Below are positions 36,840-49,523 of a stretch of DNA of 64,000 bases, piece after piece; within the stretch, counting starts at the first letter, position 1; each line of letters opens with the position of its first letter. Source of the DNA: Octopus vulgaris (lineage: Eukaryota); the NCBI GenBank assembly GCA_951406725.2, contig OX597833.1:46810001-46874000 (forward strand), in the 5' to 3' direction. The notes beneath the pieces were generated by a model that was not told where the DNA came from, made no database searches, and saw only the letters and a program-made list of their open reading frames with translations. The translations under genes and the position numbers were made by a program.

Positions 36840-37112
36840 CGCCAGTGCTGCTGGACTGACTCCTGTACAGGTGGCATGTAAAAAACACTACTTCGAGCAT
36901 GGCCATTACCAGTACTGCCAGACTGTCCCTCGTGCCGGTGGCACGTAAAAGCACCCACTACACTCTCAAAGTGGTTGGCGTTAGGAAGGGCATCCAGCTG
37001 TAGAAACTCTGATCAAGATTGGAGCCTGGCGCAGCCATCTGGTTTGCCAGTCCTCAGTCAAATCGTCCAACCCATGCTAGCATGGAAAGTGGACGTTAAA
37101 TGATGATGATGA
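36840..37112 (+). mobile_element. Family C retroposon
   Basis: cgtgccggtggcacgtaaaagcaccc...ggacgttaaatgatgatgat. Confidence 0.85.
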
Positions 37113-38090
37113 ATATTTTCAAATAATTTAAATGCTGTATGAGATTATTATGTCATCTTCAGCTTCACTACAGATAAGATTTATCTTCATAGTTCTTCCA
37201 TCAACAACAGCTAAATTTATTTTCTCTACGCAGTAATAAATAAGAAGCTTCTACATGACCACTCAATCATTTTTAATGTAGCATCTAAAAGACAATGCTT
37301 CTCAACAGTCGCTCAACCTGCTAAAGATAGCAGCCAAATCTTTCTCAAATCACACCTTATTGTCTTTAGACTTTAGCAAAAAAATTAAAATTACGAAGTG
37401 AAGTTCATATTGGATGATATAAACTATGTTTGATGGTCACATTTGAAATGCCTTTCACCATAAATCAGGGGATAAAACGTCATGCATTATTTAATTCCTC
37501 TCTCTACACTGAGAGTTCAAATCCTGGTGAGGACAGTTTTTTTTTCGTTTTTTTTTTTTTGCTTTTTTTTTTTTTAGTGTGGTGACTAGGGGCCGATAAA
37601 TTTACCAGTCCAATATTGGGATCTATTCTTCCTCTTTCCTTTCTCTGTTTCTCTTTGTATTAGACTAGGCTGGGCTGGGCACTCCTTCGGTTATGACAAT
37701 CCGATCAACTGAACAACCTGCTTGTGAAACTAAAGGGCAAAGTGGCTGAGCACTCCACAGACACACATACTTTCAGCTGTTCTCAGGGAGATTCAGTGAC
37801 ACACAGAATGTGACAAGGCTGATCCGATGAATTACACAGGTACAGCTCATTTTTGCCAACTGAGAGGACTGGAGTAACATGAAATAAAGTGTCTTGCTCA
37901 AGGACACAATGCATGGCTTGGAATTGAACTCATGACCTTACAATCATGAGCCAAATATCCTAACCATTATGCCATACACCTTCCCTCCTTGTATTAACCC
38001 TAACAGTAATTCTAACCTTTAATCCAGATTTGTCACATTGATTAGTCTGAGTTCTGCATTATGGGTACATTAATCTGAGGAATACTCAGC

Positions 38091-38300
38091 CCTTTTACTC
38101 TTTTACTTGTTTCAGTCATTTGACTGTGGCCATGCTGGAGCACCATCTTTAGCTGAGCAAATCGACCCCGGGACTTATTCTTTGTAAGCCTAGTACTTAT
38201 TCTATCAGTTCTTTTGCCGAACCGCTAAGTTACGGAGACATAAACACACCCGCATTGGTTGTCAAGCGATGTTGGGGGGGGGGCAAACACAAACACAAAC

Positions 38301-38375
<75 letters not shown>

Positions 38376-38546
38376 CATATACACAACGGTCTTCTTTCAG
38401 TTTTTGTCTACCAAATCCACTCACAAGGCTTTGGTCGGCCCGAGGCTATAAAAGAAGACACTTGCCCAAGGTGCCACGCACTGGGACTGAACCCAGAACC
38501 ATGTGGTTGGTAAGCAAGCTACTTACCACACAGCCACTCTGCACCT
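38091..38546 (-). mobile_element. SINE family A, full length
   Basis: Reverse complement of 8808-9214. Confidence 0.92.
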
Positions 38547-38903
38547 ACAAATTTTTTTTTTAATCTCTTTTTTTTGTTGTCTTGAGCCTTAGACTTCATA
38601 AGGTCGAAGTTCAACCTAGTATCCATGACATGTAAGTGACTGAGCTAAAACTCCTTCCTGAACAGGACACTAGTAGATCACAAGATTAAATTCTCTCGTA
38701 TTACAGGAAGTTAATTACAGCTGAGTGGACTGGAGTAACATGAAATGTTTTACTCAATAACACAATGCACTGCCTGGTCCAGGAATTGAAACCCTGATCT
38801 TAAGATTGTGAGCGCAAAAACATTAACCACCAGATCATATGCCATCATAAACAATTCAAGGAAAAATAATTCAGATGGTCAAACAATGAAATGTGCATCA
38901 TTG

Positions 38904-39311
38904 AGGAGTGGCTGTGTGGTAAGTAGCTTGCTAACCAACCACATGGTTCCGGGTTCAGTCCTACTGCGTGGCATCTTGGGCAAGTGTCTTCTGATATAGC
39001 CCCGGGCCAACCAATGCCTTGTGAGTGGATTTGGTAGACGGAAACTGAAAGAAGCCTGTCGTATATATGTATATATATATGTATGTGTGTGTATGTGTTT
39101 GTGTGTCTGTGTTTGTCCCCCTAGCATTGCTTGACAACCGATGCTGGTGTGTTTACGCCCCCGTTACTTAGCGGTTCGGCAAAAGTGACCGGTAGAATAA
39201 GTACTGGGCTTACAAAGAATAAGTCCCGGGGTCGATTTGCTCGGCTAAAGGCGGTGCTCCAGCATGGCCACAGTCAAATGACTGAAACATGTAAAAGAGA
39301 GTAAAAGAGTA
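38904..39311 (+). mobile_element. SINE family A, full length
   Basis: High identity to 8808-9214. Confidence 0.92.
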
Positions 39312-39377
39312 ATTGAGATCACAGTTAATTATTTACTCAAACCAATGGGAGAGCCTCTATATAATCGCTTAACTCAC

Positions 39378-40530
39378 TAGAAATAGCAATCAAATCTCCC
39401 TCAAGTCACACATACATTATATCGTCTTTAAGCAAACAGAAAGATACATTGGATAACATGGTTAGTCAACATACTAAAAATAGCAACCAAATCTCCCTTA
39501 AATCACATATAGTCTTTTAAGTAAATGGAAAGATATATTGGATAACATGGTCAGTCAACATACTAGAAATAACAACCAAATCTCCCTCAAGTCACACATA
39601 CACTATATAGTATTTAAGCAAACAGAAAGATACATTGGATAACATGGTTAGTCAACATACTAAAAATAGCAACCAAATCTCCCTTAAATCACATAGTCTT
39701 AAGTAAATGGAAAGATATATTGGATAACATGGTCAGTCAACATACTAGAAATAACAACCAAATCTCCCTCAAGTCACACATACACTATATAGTATTTAAG
39801 CAAACAGAAAGATACATTGGATAACATGGTTAGTCAACATACTAAAAATAGCAACCAAATCTCCCTCAAGTCACACATACACTATATAGTATTTAAGCGA
39901 ACAGAAAGATACATTGGATAACATAGTTAGTCAACATACTAAAAATAGCAACCAAATCTCCCTTAAATCACATATAGTCTTTTAAGTAAATGGAAATATA
40001 TACTGGATAACATGGTCAGTCAACATACTAGAAATAACAATAAAATCTTCCTCAAATCACATCATAGTATGGCCTATAACCAAATGGAAAGACATTAGAG
40101 AATGTGATTAGTTAATATACAAGAAATAACAACCAAATCTCCCTTAAATCACACATAGCCTTTAAGCAAATGGAAAGACATGATGGATAATGTGGCTACT
40201 CAACATACTAGAAATAACAACCAAATTTCTCTCAAATCACACCATAATATGGAAAGACATTGGATAATATGATCAGTCAATGTATTAGAAATAACGAACA
40301 AATCTCCCTCAAATTACATATAATACAGTCTTTAAATGAATGGAAAGATATTGGACAATGTTGTCATCTCAATATACTAGAAATAACACCCAAATTTCCT
40401 CCAAACTATACCATAGTCTTTAAACAAATGGAAAGATATTAGACAATGTGGTCGCTCAGCATACAAGAAATAGCAAACAAATCTCCCTCAAATCAAACAT
40501 ATAATATAAACAGAAAGATGTTGAATAATG
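39378..40530. repeat. Tandem satellite of ~85-97-bp monomers (~13 copies) with alternating long/short variants
   Basis: cta(g/a)aaata(g/a)caaccaaatctccc...gaaagata(c/t)attggataacatggt(t/c)agtcaacata repeated. Homogeneous on the left, decaying to the right. Confidence 0.92.
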
Positions 40531-41454
40531 TAGTTCTGGATACATGGTTATGGCTTCAGTGACTTTCATTAAAAGTTTGCTCGATTATGGTTGACCTGGG
40601 GCTAAAACCCAACAATAGTAATTCTTTTTTTCCTCCTCTTTGAAAACTAATCTTGTCCTCAAATTATTGAACTTGAAATACAATCATTTAATTCAAATGC
40701 AGATCTTGTATGATATCTAATTAAATTTGTGGAACCGATGAAGAAGAAGAAGAAGAGAAAAAGTCAAGCAGAAGATGAAGTGAAAAAAGAGAAGCAATTA
40801 GATGACAGGAATAACACAAAAGTAAGAAACTTTTCCATTGGTGATAAACAAGAAAAATAATGAAAAGGGGGGAAAAAGGAGTATAAAAAAGAAAAAGAAA
40901 AAAAAATGAAGGATGTAAGAAAAACAAAAAAATGATGAATGAATGAAAGAAAGAAAGAAAAAGAAAACAAAAATAGAAAACTAGAAGGAGAGATAAGAAA
41001 GAAAAAGTTATGTAAAGAAAGGAAAGAAAATGGACAAATAAAGAAAGAAGAAAGACAAAACTGTAAAGATAGAAAATAAAAGAGAAAGAAAGAAAAACCA
41101 GCATGGTAATCTTGCTCCAAGAAGTCTGCAATATATCATATTACATGATTCATTAAGCTGTGAACCTTTTTAGCAGATTGTTAAAGCACCTCAAATTAAA
41201 TGTGATTTAAGTATTTATATTTATTTATTACCTGACAGTAACGCAGGCATCTCTAAAGACAAACTCAGCTTTGGACATGATTTTTTTCTTTCTTTTTTTT
41301 CTTTTTTTTTTACAAAAAAAATTGTGTACTTTAAAGAATATGTGTGCATGCATGTGTGTGGAGAAAGAGGGGGATGTCAGAATGGTTCAGAAGTTTGCTT
41401 TGCAACCACAAGTTCCTGGGTCTGATGCCAAGCAGTGGTCATTATCATCACTCA

Positions 41455-41682
41455 TCATCATCATCATCATCATCGTTTAACGTCCGCTTTCCATGCTAGC
41501 ATGGGTTGGACGATTTGACTGAGGGCTGGCGAGCCAGATGGCTGCACCAGGCTCCAATCTTGATCTGCCAAGAGTTTCTACAGCTGGATGCCCTTCCGAA
41601 CGCCAACCACTCCCAGAGTGTAGTGGGTGCTTTTACATGCCACCGGCACGAGGGCCAGTGAGGTGGTACTGGCAACGGCCAC
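41455..41682 (-). mobile_element. Family C retroposon
   Basis: (cat)n tail plus family C body. Confidence 0.85.
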
Positions 41683-41969
41683 AACATAAATCGTGTTGTT
41701 TTTTTTTACTATCATTATTTAATATTTGTTTTCTGTGCTAGCATGGGTTGGACAGTTTGACAGGAATTGGCCAGCTAGAGAGCTACCTTGGTTCCATTTT
41801 GTTTGTTTTGGCATGGTTTCCATGGCTGGATGTTCTTCCTAACGCCAACCACTTTACAGAGTGTACGGGATGCTTTTTATGTGGCACCAACACAGATACT
41901 TTTAATGTGGAACTGGCACCGGTGCTTTTACATGGCACCAGCACCTATGAGCCTGCAGTGGTATCTTGA

Positions 41970-42187
41970 GCAGAAACGTTAGCACGCCGGGCAAAATGCT
42001 TAGCGGTATTTTGTCTGCGTTACGTTCTGAGTTCAAATTCCGCCGAGGTCGACTTTGCCTTTCATCCTTTCGGGGTCGATAAATTAAGTACCAGTTATGC
42101 ACTGGGGTCGATGTAATCGACTTAATACCTATGTCTGTCCTTGTTTGTCCCCTCTGTGTTTAGCCCCTTGTGGATAATAAAGAAATA
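41970..42187 (+). mobile_element. SINE family B, near full length and young
   Basis: CpG-intact match to 4890-5120. Flanked by a ggtatcttgagca direct repeat, a likely TSD. Confidence 0.9.
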
Positions 42188-42624
42188 GGTATCTTGAGCA
42201 AATGTGACTTTTTTTTTCTTTTTAACCTCAACTCAACCTACACCTCGTGATAGAGATTGGATAGAAGAAAACTGTACACAAGCCTGTCAGATAGATTATA
42301 CCTGTAATTCAAAAACACAGCCTTATCACACGCTATGTCATGTTGATCCAGGCTGGCCATGTTTTTCACAGAAGACTTGAAATAATAACATTATTGATAT
42401 GACAACAATGCTGAAAAACAACCATGACATCAAAGCAAGGATACACAGACATCTACAAATATGACAGGGTACTTTCAGGGTCAGTCTACATTCACAAGGT
42501 ATTATCATCACTATCCATTCACAAGGCTGGTCAGCCAAAAGCTATTGTCAAAAACATTTGGCATTTGGTGACAGCATTCTATATTCTGATTTTCAGGCTT
42601 ATGACATTAACCAGTAATAAGAAC

Positions 42625-42780
42625 AATTCCGCCAAGGTTGACTTTGCCTTTCATCCTTTCGGGGTTGATAAATTAAGTACCAGTTACGCACTGGGTTCGA
42701 TGTAATTGACTTTATCCCTTTGTCTGTCCTTGTTTGTCCCCTCTATGTTTAGCGCCTTGTGGGCAATAAAGAAATAAGTA
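42625..42780 (+). mobile_element. SINE family B, 5'-truncated
   Basis: Flanked by an agtaataagaac direct repeat. Confidence 0.88.
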
Positions 42781-42839
42781 ATAAGAACTAAAGTAGAGAA
42801 AGAGAGAAAGGGCGAGGGGTAGGTGGGTGAGTAGGTAGA

Positions 42840-42844
42840 TACAC

Positions 42845-42887
<43 letters not shown>

Positions 42888-42958
42888 TGGATAGATGGAT
42901 TGATGGATGGACAGACAGTCAGATAGACAGACAGACAGACACAGACAGACAGACAGAA

Positions 42959-43042
<84 letters not shown>

Positions 43043-43125
43043 TGAAAGACAGACAGACAGAACGACAGACAGACAGACAGACAGAGACAAACAGACAGAC
43101 AGATGCAGAGACAGAGCAGAGACAG
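42840..43125. repeat. (GATA)n/(GA)n/(GACA)n microsatellite
   Basis: Direct inspection. Confidence 0.95.
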
Positions 43126-43575
43126 GGAAAAAGAAAGAATGGAAAAGCATTTAGGAAACTGCATTTTACAAAGCGAAATAGAAACAAATAACAGTGTTTA
43201 GTGAACAATGCTGGACCATTGAATTACATTCTAATACAATCACACAGATTTTCCTTTTAATTTCAGAGATTCGCTTCGAAAGACAATTCTTATGTGTATC
43301 AACAACAGGTGATTTATCCATATCAACAACAGGTGATTTATATATATTAACAACAGGTGATTTCTCTGTATAAATCATAGACTTTTACAAGGTGTACTTG
43401 TGTAATTTGACTGGCTTAAATCTCTTTTCATGTCCAACGGCTGCTACTAACACTTGCTAATGGATATTTCACATGATCAACTCGCTGTAAATCTTTTCTG
43501 ACAACACTATTAACCCTTTTCAAGTCAACATCCACGAACAGCTCTAAAGATAGATATTCGTGTCGATGCCGTATG

Positions 43576-43576
<1 letters not shown>

Positions 43577-43644
<68 letters not shown>

Positions 43645-43669
43645 TATTACAAACACCCATGTATGTAGC

Positions 43670-43743
<74 letters not shown>

Positions 43744-43782
43744 CATATATATATACACATACAAAAATATATATATATATAT

Positions 43783-43813
<31 letters not shown>

Positions 43814-43855
43814 ACACACATATATACATATATATATATATACACACATATATAC

Positions 43856-43886
<31 letters not shown>

Positions 43887-44144
43887 CACATATATATATA
43901 CACATATACATATACACATCCATATATACATATACATATACACATATACATATATACATATACATATGTATATACACACATATATATACATATACATATG
44001 TATATACACACATATATATACATATATATATACATATACACATATACATACATATACATATGTATATACAAACATATATATACATATATATATACATATA
44101 CACATATACATATATACATATATACATATACACATATACATATA

Positions 44145-44177
<33 letters not shown>

Positions 44178-44295
44178 ATACATATATATATATATACATA
44201 TATATATATACATATATACATATACATATATACATATACATATATACATATACATATATACATATATACATATACATATATATATATATACATGT
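43577..44295. repeat. ~700-bp (TA)n/(TACATA)n microsatellite
   Basis: Direct inspection. Confidence 0.95.
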
Positions 44296-44927
44296 ATGCA
44301 TGCACCTTTTTTTGTATGTGTGTGTATTTGTGTGCATGCGTGCATGTTTAAATATGTATATGTGTGCAAATGTGTAGATATTTTCTTAGGGATGCATCAA
44401 AATTTTCTTTTCTTTTGCAGGATTCAAGCTGGTTACTGACAAATGACAAGGTTCTTCTGGTTAAGTCAAGACAGCTCTCGGGTTTTATGGATATCTGAAC
44501 TGGTTGTGCATGTGTGTGAGTGCGTGTGTGTGTGTATGTGCATGCGTAAGCTTGCACTTGTTTATTAGATGTGCATGTCACTTTAGAACATAAGTAGGCA
44601 TGCTTCATTGCAAAATACATATGTCTCTATGTTTTTGTGTGTGTGTGTGTGTGTGTGTGTCTGTGTTCCAAATGCACATGCAAGTGCATGTGTGTTCAAA
44701 TCCAGGAACCACAAATGGAGAATCCTTAGAATGTTTCACAAATTTTTCACTGTACCACAGTATTTAGATTTCATGCATGTATGCATATGTGTATGTGTGT
44801 AGCAGGTTTATACCACATGGAAGGCAAAACGGTGATGTAATAGTACTGTAGAGGCATAAAAGATAATGGATAGTCCAGGAAAGATTGTAAAATAAAAGAG
44901 GCAAAGTTAGGTGATAGGTACACTTAA

Positions 44928-45148
44928 CCCTTTCCTTACCAACCCGGTTGAAACCAGCTCTGGCTCTGTAATACAAATGTCTTGTTTTCATAAGTTTTTA
45001 ATAAAAATCTTCCACCAAACCTTAGTCGCAATTTATGTTCCTAATACTAGCTTAATGATAAATAAGTTATTTTACTAAATTCTTTGTTATATTTAAAATA
45101 ATTGAAAGAAACACAGAGCATCTCAAAATAAATACGGCAACGAAAGGG
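44928..45148. mobile_element. piggyBac-type MITE, second family (221 bp)
   Basis: TTAA|ccctttccttacc...ggcaacgaaaggg|TTAA. Confidence 0.88.
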
Positions 45149-45502
45149 TTAAAGAGAGAATAATCAGAAAATAAGTGTGTCATATATGTTCTGCAATATG
45201 AGAATCTGAAGTGTGAGGTGATTCCAGATTACAAAACTGTATATAAAAAAGAACAAAGATGTTTCTAGGTTTTAGTGTGTACAGAATAAAAGCAACATAC
45301 TTGTTCTTGATGAAAAGAAAGAAGCATGGAATTGGTATGACAAGAGGTTGATGAGTAAGGAGAAAGCATGAGGGATTAGGCCTACCCCAAACAGATCCAA
45401 TTGAAGAACCATTGAGACTGACAACAGTTCAGTCAAATATATGATTGACTCTTGATACCAATTCACCTTCGACTGCCTCTGGTTCTACGATGCAAACTTC
45501 CT

Positions 45503-45698
45503 GGCCCTCGTGCCAGTGGCACGTAAAAGCACCCACTACACTCTCAGAGTGGTTGGCGTTAGGAAGGGCATCCAGCTGTAGAAATTCTGCCAGATCAGAT
45601 TGGAGCCTGGTACAGCCATCTGGTTTGCCAGTCCTCAGTCAAATCATCCAACCCATTATAGCATGGAAAGCAGACGTTAAACGATGATGATGATGATG
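45503..45698 (+). mobile_element. Family C retroposon
   Basis: Matches 36925-37112. Confidence 0.85.
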
Positions 45699-45739
45699 AA
45701 CTAATTTGAATAGATATTACCGTATTTGATGGTATAAAA

Positions 45740-46008
45740 GAGTGGTTCTCAACCACAGTCCATATGGCTCTTAGACTCCATATAGCACTCAGGGGTTCAT
45801 ATAAGGTTTTGTTGTTAAAATTCATTTGCAAAAAAATTGGTTATATATCCACAATACACAAAATATTTTTATTTTTTTTATACAATTCCTAATAATATTT
45901 AATTATAAAGATACAATAGGTTTTTTTAATCATCAAATGGCTAGAAGGTCAATCTGTGTAAAGTAAGAATCAAAAGGATCCATCGTAAAAAACAGTTGAG
46001 AACCACTG
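45740..46008. mobile_element. hAT/Charlie-type MITE
   Basis: gagtggttctcaacc...agttgagaaccactg TIRs, 8-bp TSD gtataaaa/gtatcaaa. A partial relative lies at ~62387-62480. Confidence 0.82.
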
Positions 46009-46438
46009 GTATCAAAGATAAGCAGGCAGCTTATTAGACGAACACCTATTTCTGTAGCACACATTCAGGAAAAAGGTTTTTAGTGCATTAAAGCATGTGA
46101 TATAAGCCCAACTTTGCATACAGGATCTGGGGTGATCTTTTGATACATATTTTTGGAAAGAATGTTCATCTTATATGCCATCAAATATGGTAGCCTAGGT
46201 GAGATCTAATCCAGGTTTTGCCAAGGTGTATGACAAAAAGACAATTGCAATAGACATACTTAGCTGAGAGAAAACCATTATATCAAGCATAAGAAAACAG
46301 GGTGATATTTTAGTGAATTAAGTGCTTTGTCTCATGGTTCCCTCTTTTACTCGGGTATAGAGTAGTTGCTGTTCTCGCTTACAACTAAATTAGCCCTGAA
46401 CAAACAGACCTTTTCTTCAAAGGTGTTCCAAACATAAA

Positions 46439-46480
<42 letters not shown>

Positions 46481-46485
<5 letters not shown>

Positions 46486-46693
46486 ATCCAAACATGAAAA
46501 CACAAAGAGAAAACAAGACAATGCAAGGACGTGGAACAAGTATAGTGTTATTGGACGCTCAGGAAAGGAAAGAACGAACGAAGGAGGATTTAACGTTTCA
46601 AGCAGAGCTTTTCGTCAGAAACATAGGAAAAGAAAAGATCCAAGGAAAGGAAGATGAGAGAAAAGAAAATTGCAAACAATACACATGCGGTCA
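46481..46693 (-). mobile_element. Hammerhead-bearing Penelope-like non-coding element (same family as 55265-55455)
   Basis: Reverse complement aligns with 55265-55452 from tgaccgc to tttggattaact. Ends at a (TA)n tract. Confidence 0.75.
46588..46622 (-). ncRNA. Minimal hammerhead ribozyme motif
   Basis: GUUU-CUGACGA-a-AAGC(ucu)GCUU-GAAAC-GUU-AAAU: canonical core, palindromic ACGU stem III. Confidence 0.65.
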
Positions 46694-47702
46694 TAGCATG
46701 GAAAGCAGACGTTAAACGATGATGATATATATATATATTCAGTTTTGTTTCTGGCCTTGTGTGTCTAAGACTACAATATCTAATGAGTCCTTTTTAAAAT
46801 GGTAAAATGGAAGTGGAGGGAAATTTGGTTGCTATTTCTAGTTGGTCAAGGACCTACATAGATGCTTCCTCATTGAATCACACAGAATAACTTATACAAT
46901 GTAGTACAGTTCTTAGAATGGTCTCAATCGAGCTTTTCATACAATGTTTTTGTCTACACAAAGTTTGGATAAAACTAGGAGCTATAAGTGTGTGATTAAG
47001 AAATTCAATTTGCAGTCATGTATTTTCAGGTTCAGTCCCACAGTGCCTCCTACTTTAGTTTTGGGCTGACCAATGTCATGAGCAAATTTCATAGACAGAA
47101 ATTGCATGGAAGCCAATAGCGTGTGTGTGTGTGTGTGTGGTCTCATTCTGCAATGCCTTGGACAAAGTGTCTTGAGAACCAACAAATAACTTTTGAGAGA
47201 ATTTGGTAGACAGAAACTGTAAAGAAGCCCATCATATGATTGATTGTGTGTGTGTGTGTGTTAGACCCTTAAACACATCCTACTCGGCAACTGATGTTGA
47301 TTTGTTTACATGACCTTACCCCATAACTTAGCAGTTTGACAAAATAGATCATAGAATAAACTCTAAACTTTAAAAAAAAAATGTCAATTTATCAACTAAA
47401 TTCATCAATGCAGTGCTCCAGCATGGCCCCAATCCAATGAGTGAAACAAATAAAAATAATAGAAAGTAATAGAAAACCTAACTTTAAATGAGTTTAGAAC
47501 ATCAAACCTAATGTATAACAGGTAGTTTTTTTTCTTCTGTCCAATACATAATATAAGCTTTATCTTTTCATCCTTTAATCTAATGGTCTTAATCACACAA
47601 AAATATTTCCCTCCCACTTAAATAACACTTGCTGTATCAGTAACAGTTTGTGATGGGGAGTGTACAGAAATGTTTCAGGAATTACATTCTTTCCTCTTCC
47701 TC

Positions 47703-47734
<32 letters not shown>

Positions 47735-47826
47735 CGTGTGCCTTTCTCTGACCAGCAGGTTAAACTAATTAATTAATATGTTGCTCGTGGGTACTTCTGT
47801 GTATCCTAAGACTTAACTCTATAAAA

Positions 47827-47992
47827 CACTAGCGTAGCTAATGTGTAAGCTGCCCAAGGGCAGCCCTTCCATTTGCCCCCTCCCCCTCCCACCAGACCCC
47901 ACAAAAAAACATACTGCCAAGTGCTCACCCTTTAAAAGTTCCACATGGAGCAGGCTGCCCCTACCCTCACCCCACCCTAAGCTACGCTAGTG
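47827..47992. mobile_element. 166-bp MITE with perfect 13-bp TIRs (hAT- or PIF-like)
   Basis: cactagcgtagct...agctacgctagtg. TSD not clearly preserved. Confidence 0.75.
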
Positions 47993-48171
47993 CTTTTAAC
48001 ATTTAAGCCAGCCACATCTGGCCAAAATATTCTATCTGTTTTATGTTCAAACTGGCCAAATCCAGGCTCTCACACTTACCCTACAAAGCAATGAGATAGT
48101 GTATATTTAATTTAAAACAACAGGAATAAACAAGCATTACATTTGACAGAGTAATCTGAACGCTGAAGGGG
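47993..48171. mobile_element. piggyBac-type MITE (left end disrupted)
   Basis: Homologous to 34782-34969. Ends ctgaacgctgaagggg|TTAA. Confidence 0.72.
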
Positions 48172-48511
48172 TTAACTGGGGAATGCAGTTCAAAACAGGA
48201 GCTCAATGACTTGAGGAAAATGTCTAAACCCTTTAGCATTAGATCTGGAAATCCAGGCAGTTACCTCAGGCTGTTACTTCAGGCAATAACTCCTGTGAAC
48301 ACCAGTTATCAGAATGTGTAAGATGAGAATTTCTCCAGTAGAAACTGGTAGTTTTACACAAAGTAAAAATTAAGTTTATCCTCAGTTGCAGAATATAAAT
48401 AACAAGAAAAGAATGGAAATGTTGAAGAAATGTCTTCAACAACAACAAAAAACACTGCTGCCACCACCACCATCATCATCAAACATTCATTTTCTATACT
48501 AGCATGGGTTG

Positions 48512-49140
48512 TTTGTTTGTTCCTTCTCGAGCCATGCCTGGTTCATTAGGGCTGGTTTCCCAGTTTCCTTCGCATATAGGTTTCCCACCTGGACATGACG
48601 CTGGTCCGTCATAGGTGAGCTGCAAGATGTAGGAGGAAAGAGTGAGAGAAAGTTGTGGCGAAAGAGTCAGCAGAAGTTCGCCATTACCTTCTGCCGGAGC
48701 CTCGTTGAGCTTAGGTGTTTCGCTCAAAAACACACACATTGCCCTGTCCGAGATTCGACCCACGATCCCACGACCGCGAGTCCACTGCTCTAACCACTAG
48801 GCCATGTGCCTCCACTAATCATGAGGGTTTTTTTTTTGTTTGTTCCTTCTCGAGCCATGCCTGGCTTTTAAGGGCCGGTTTCCCAGTTTCTTTGGCGTAT
48901 AGGTTCCCCACCTGAACAGGAAGCTGGCCTATCGCAGGTGAGCTGCAAGATGCAGGAGGAAAGAGTGAGAGAAAGTTGTGGCAAAAGAGTCAGCAGAAGT
49001 TTGCCATTACCTTCTGCCAGAGCCACATGGAGCTTAGGTGTTTGCGCTCATAAACACACACATCACCCGGTCTGAGATTCAAACCCGCGATCCCTCGACC
49101 GCAAGTCCGCTGCTCTAACCACTAGGCCATGTGCCTCCAC
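48512..49140 (-). mobile_element. Two tandem SINE-D copies within one 9-bp TSD, inserted in a family C element
   Basis: catgggttg at 48503-48511 and 49141-49149. Copies at 48512-48815 and 48837-49140. Confidence 0.85.
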
Positions 49141-49469
49141 CATGGGTTGGATGGCTTAGCAGGAACTGGTAAACCAGAGGACTGAACCAAGCTCCACTGT
49201 CGGTTTTGGCATGGTTTCTACGGCTGGATATTCTTCTTAAAGCCAGCCACAGGCATTTTATATGATTTGTCACTCATGTGATACTGAAACAATTATAAGC
49301 CATGGAGAAAATGTAATACCAACAGCTACATTGTTTAAGATGCACGCTAACCTCACTAATGCTAGTGGCACAAGAAAAGCACCTAGTAACACGTTATAAA
49401 GCGGTTGGCATCAGGAAGGGCATCCAGCCACAGAATGGTAATGGTGGAAGTAGGAACAGTCACTGTTGT

Positions 49470-49482
49470 GTTGGTGGTGTTG

Positions 49483-49523
<41 letters not shown>

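Noticed and set aside
39378-40530. CRISPR-like repeat/spacer appearance
   Set aside because: The whole unit repeats with no unique spacers, there are no cas genes and the context is eukaryotic.
43525-44439. Long ORFs (up to 270 aa) of [12 protein letters not shown] composition here and at 3843-4349, 19684-20290, 31523-32079 and 50686-51317
   Set aside because: These are translations of stop-free dinucleotide microsatellites in several frames on both strands.
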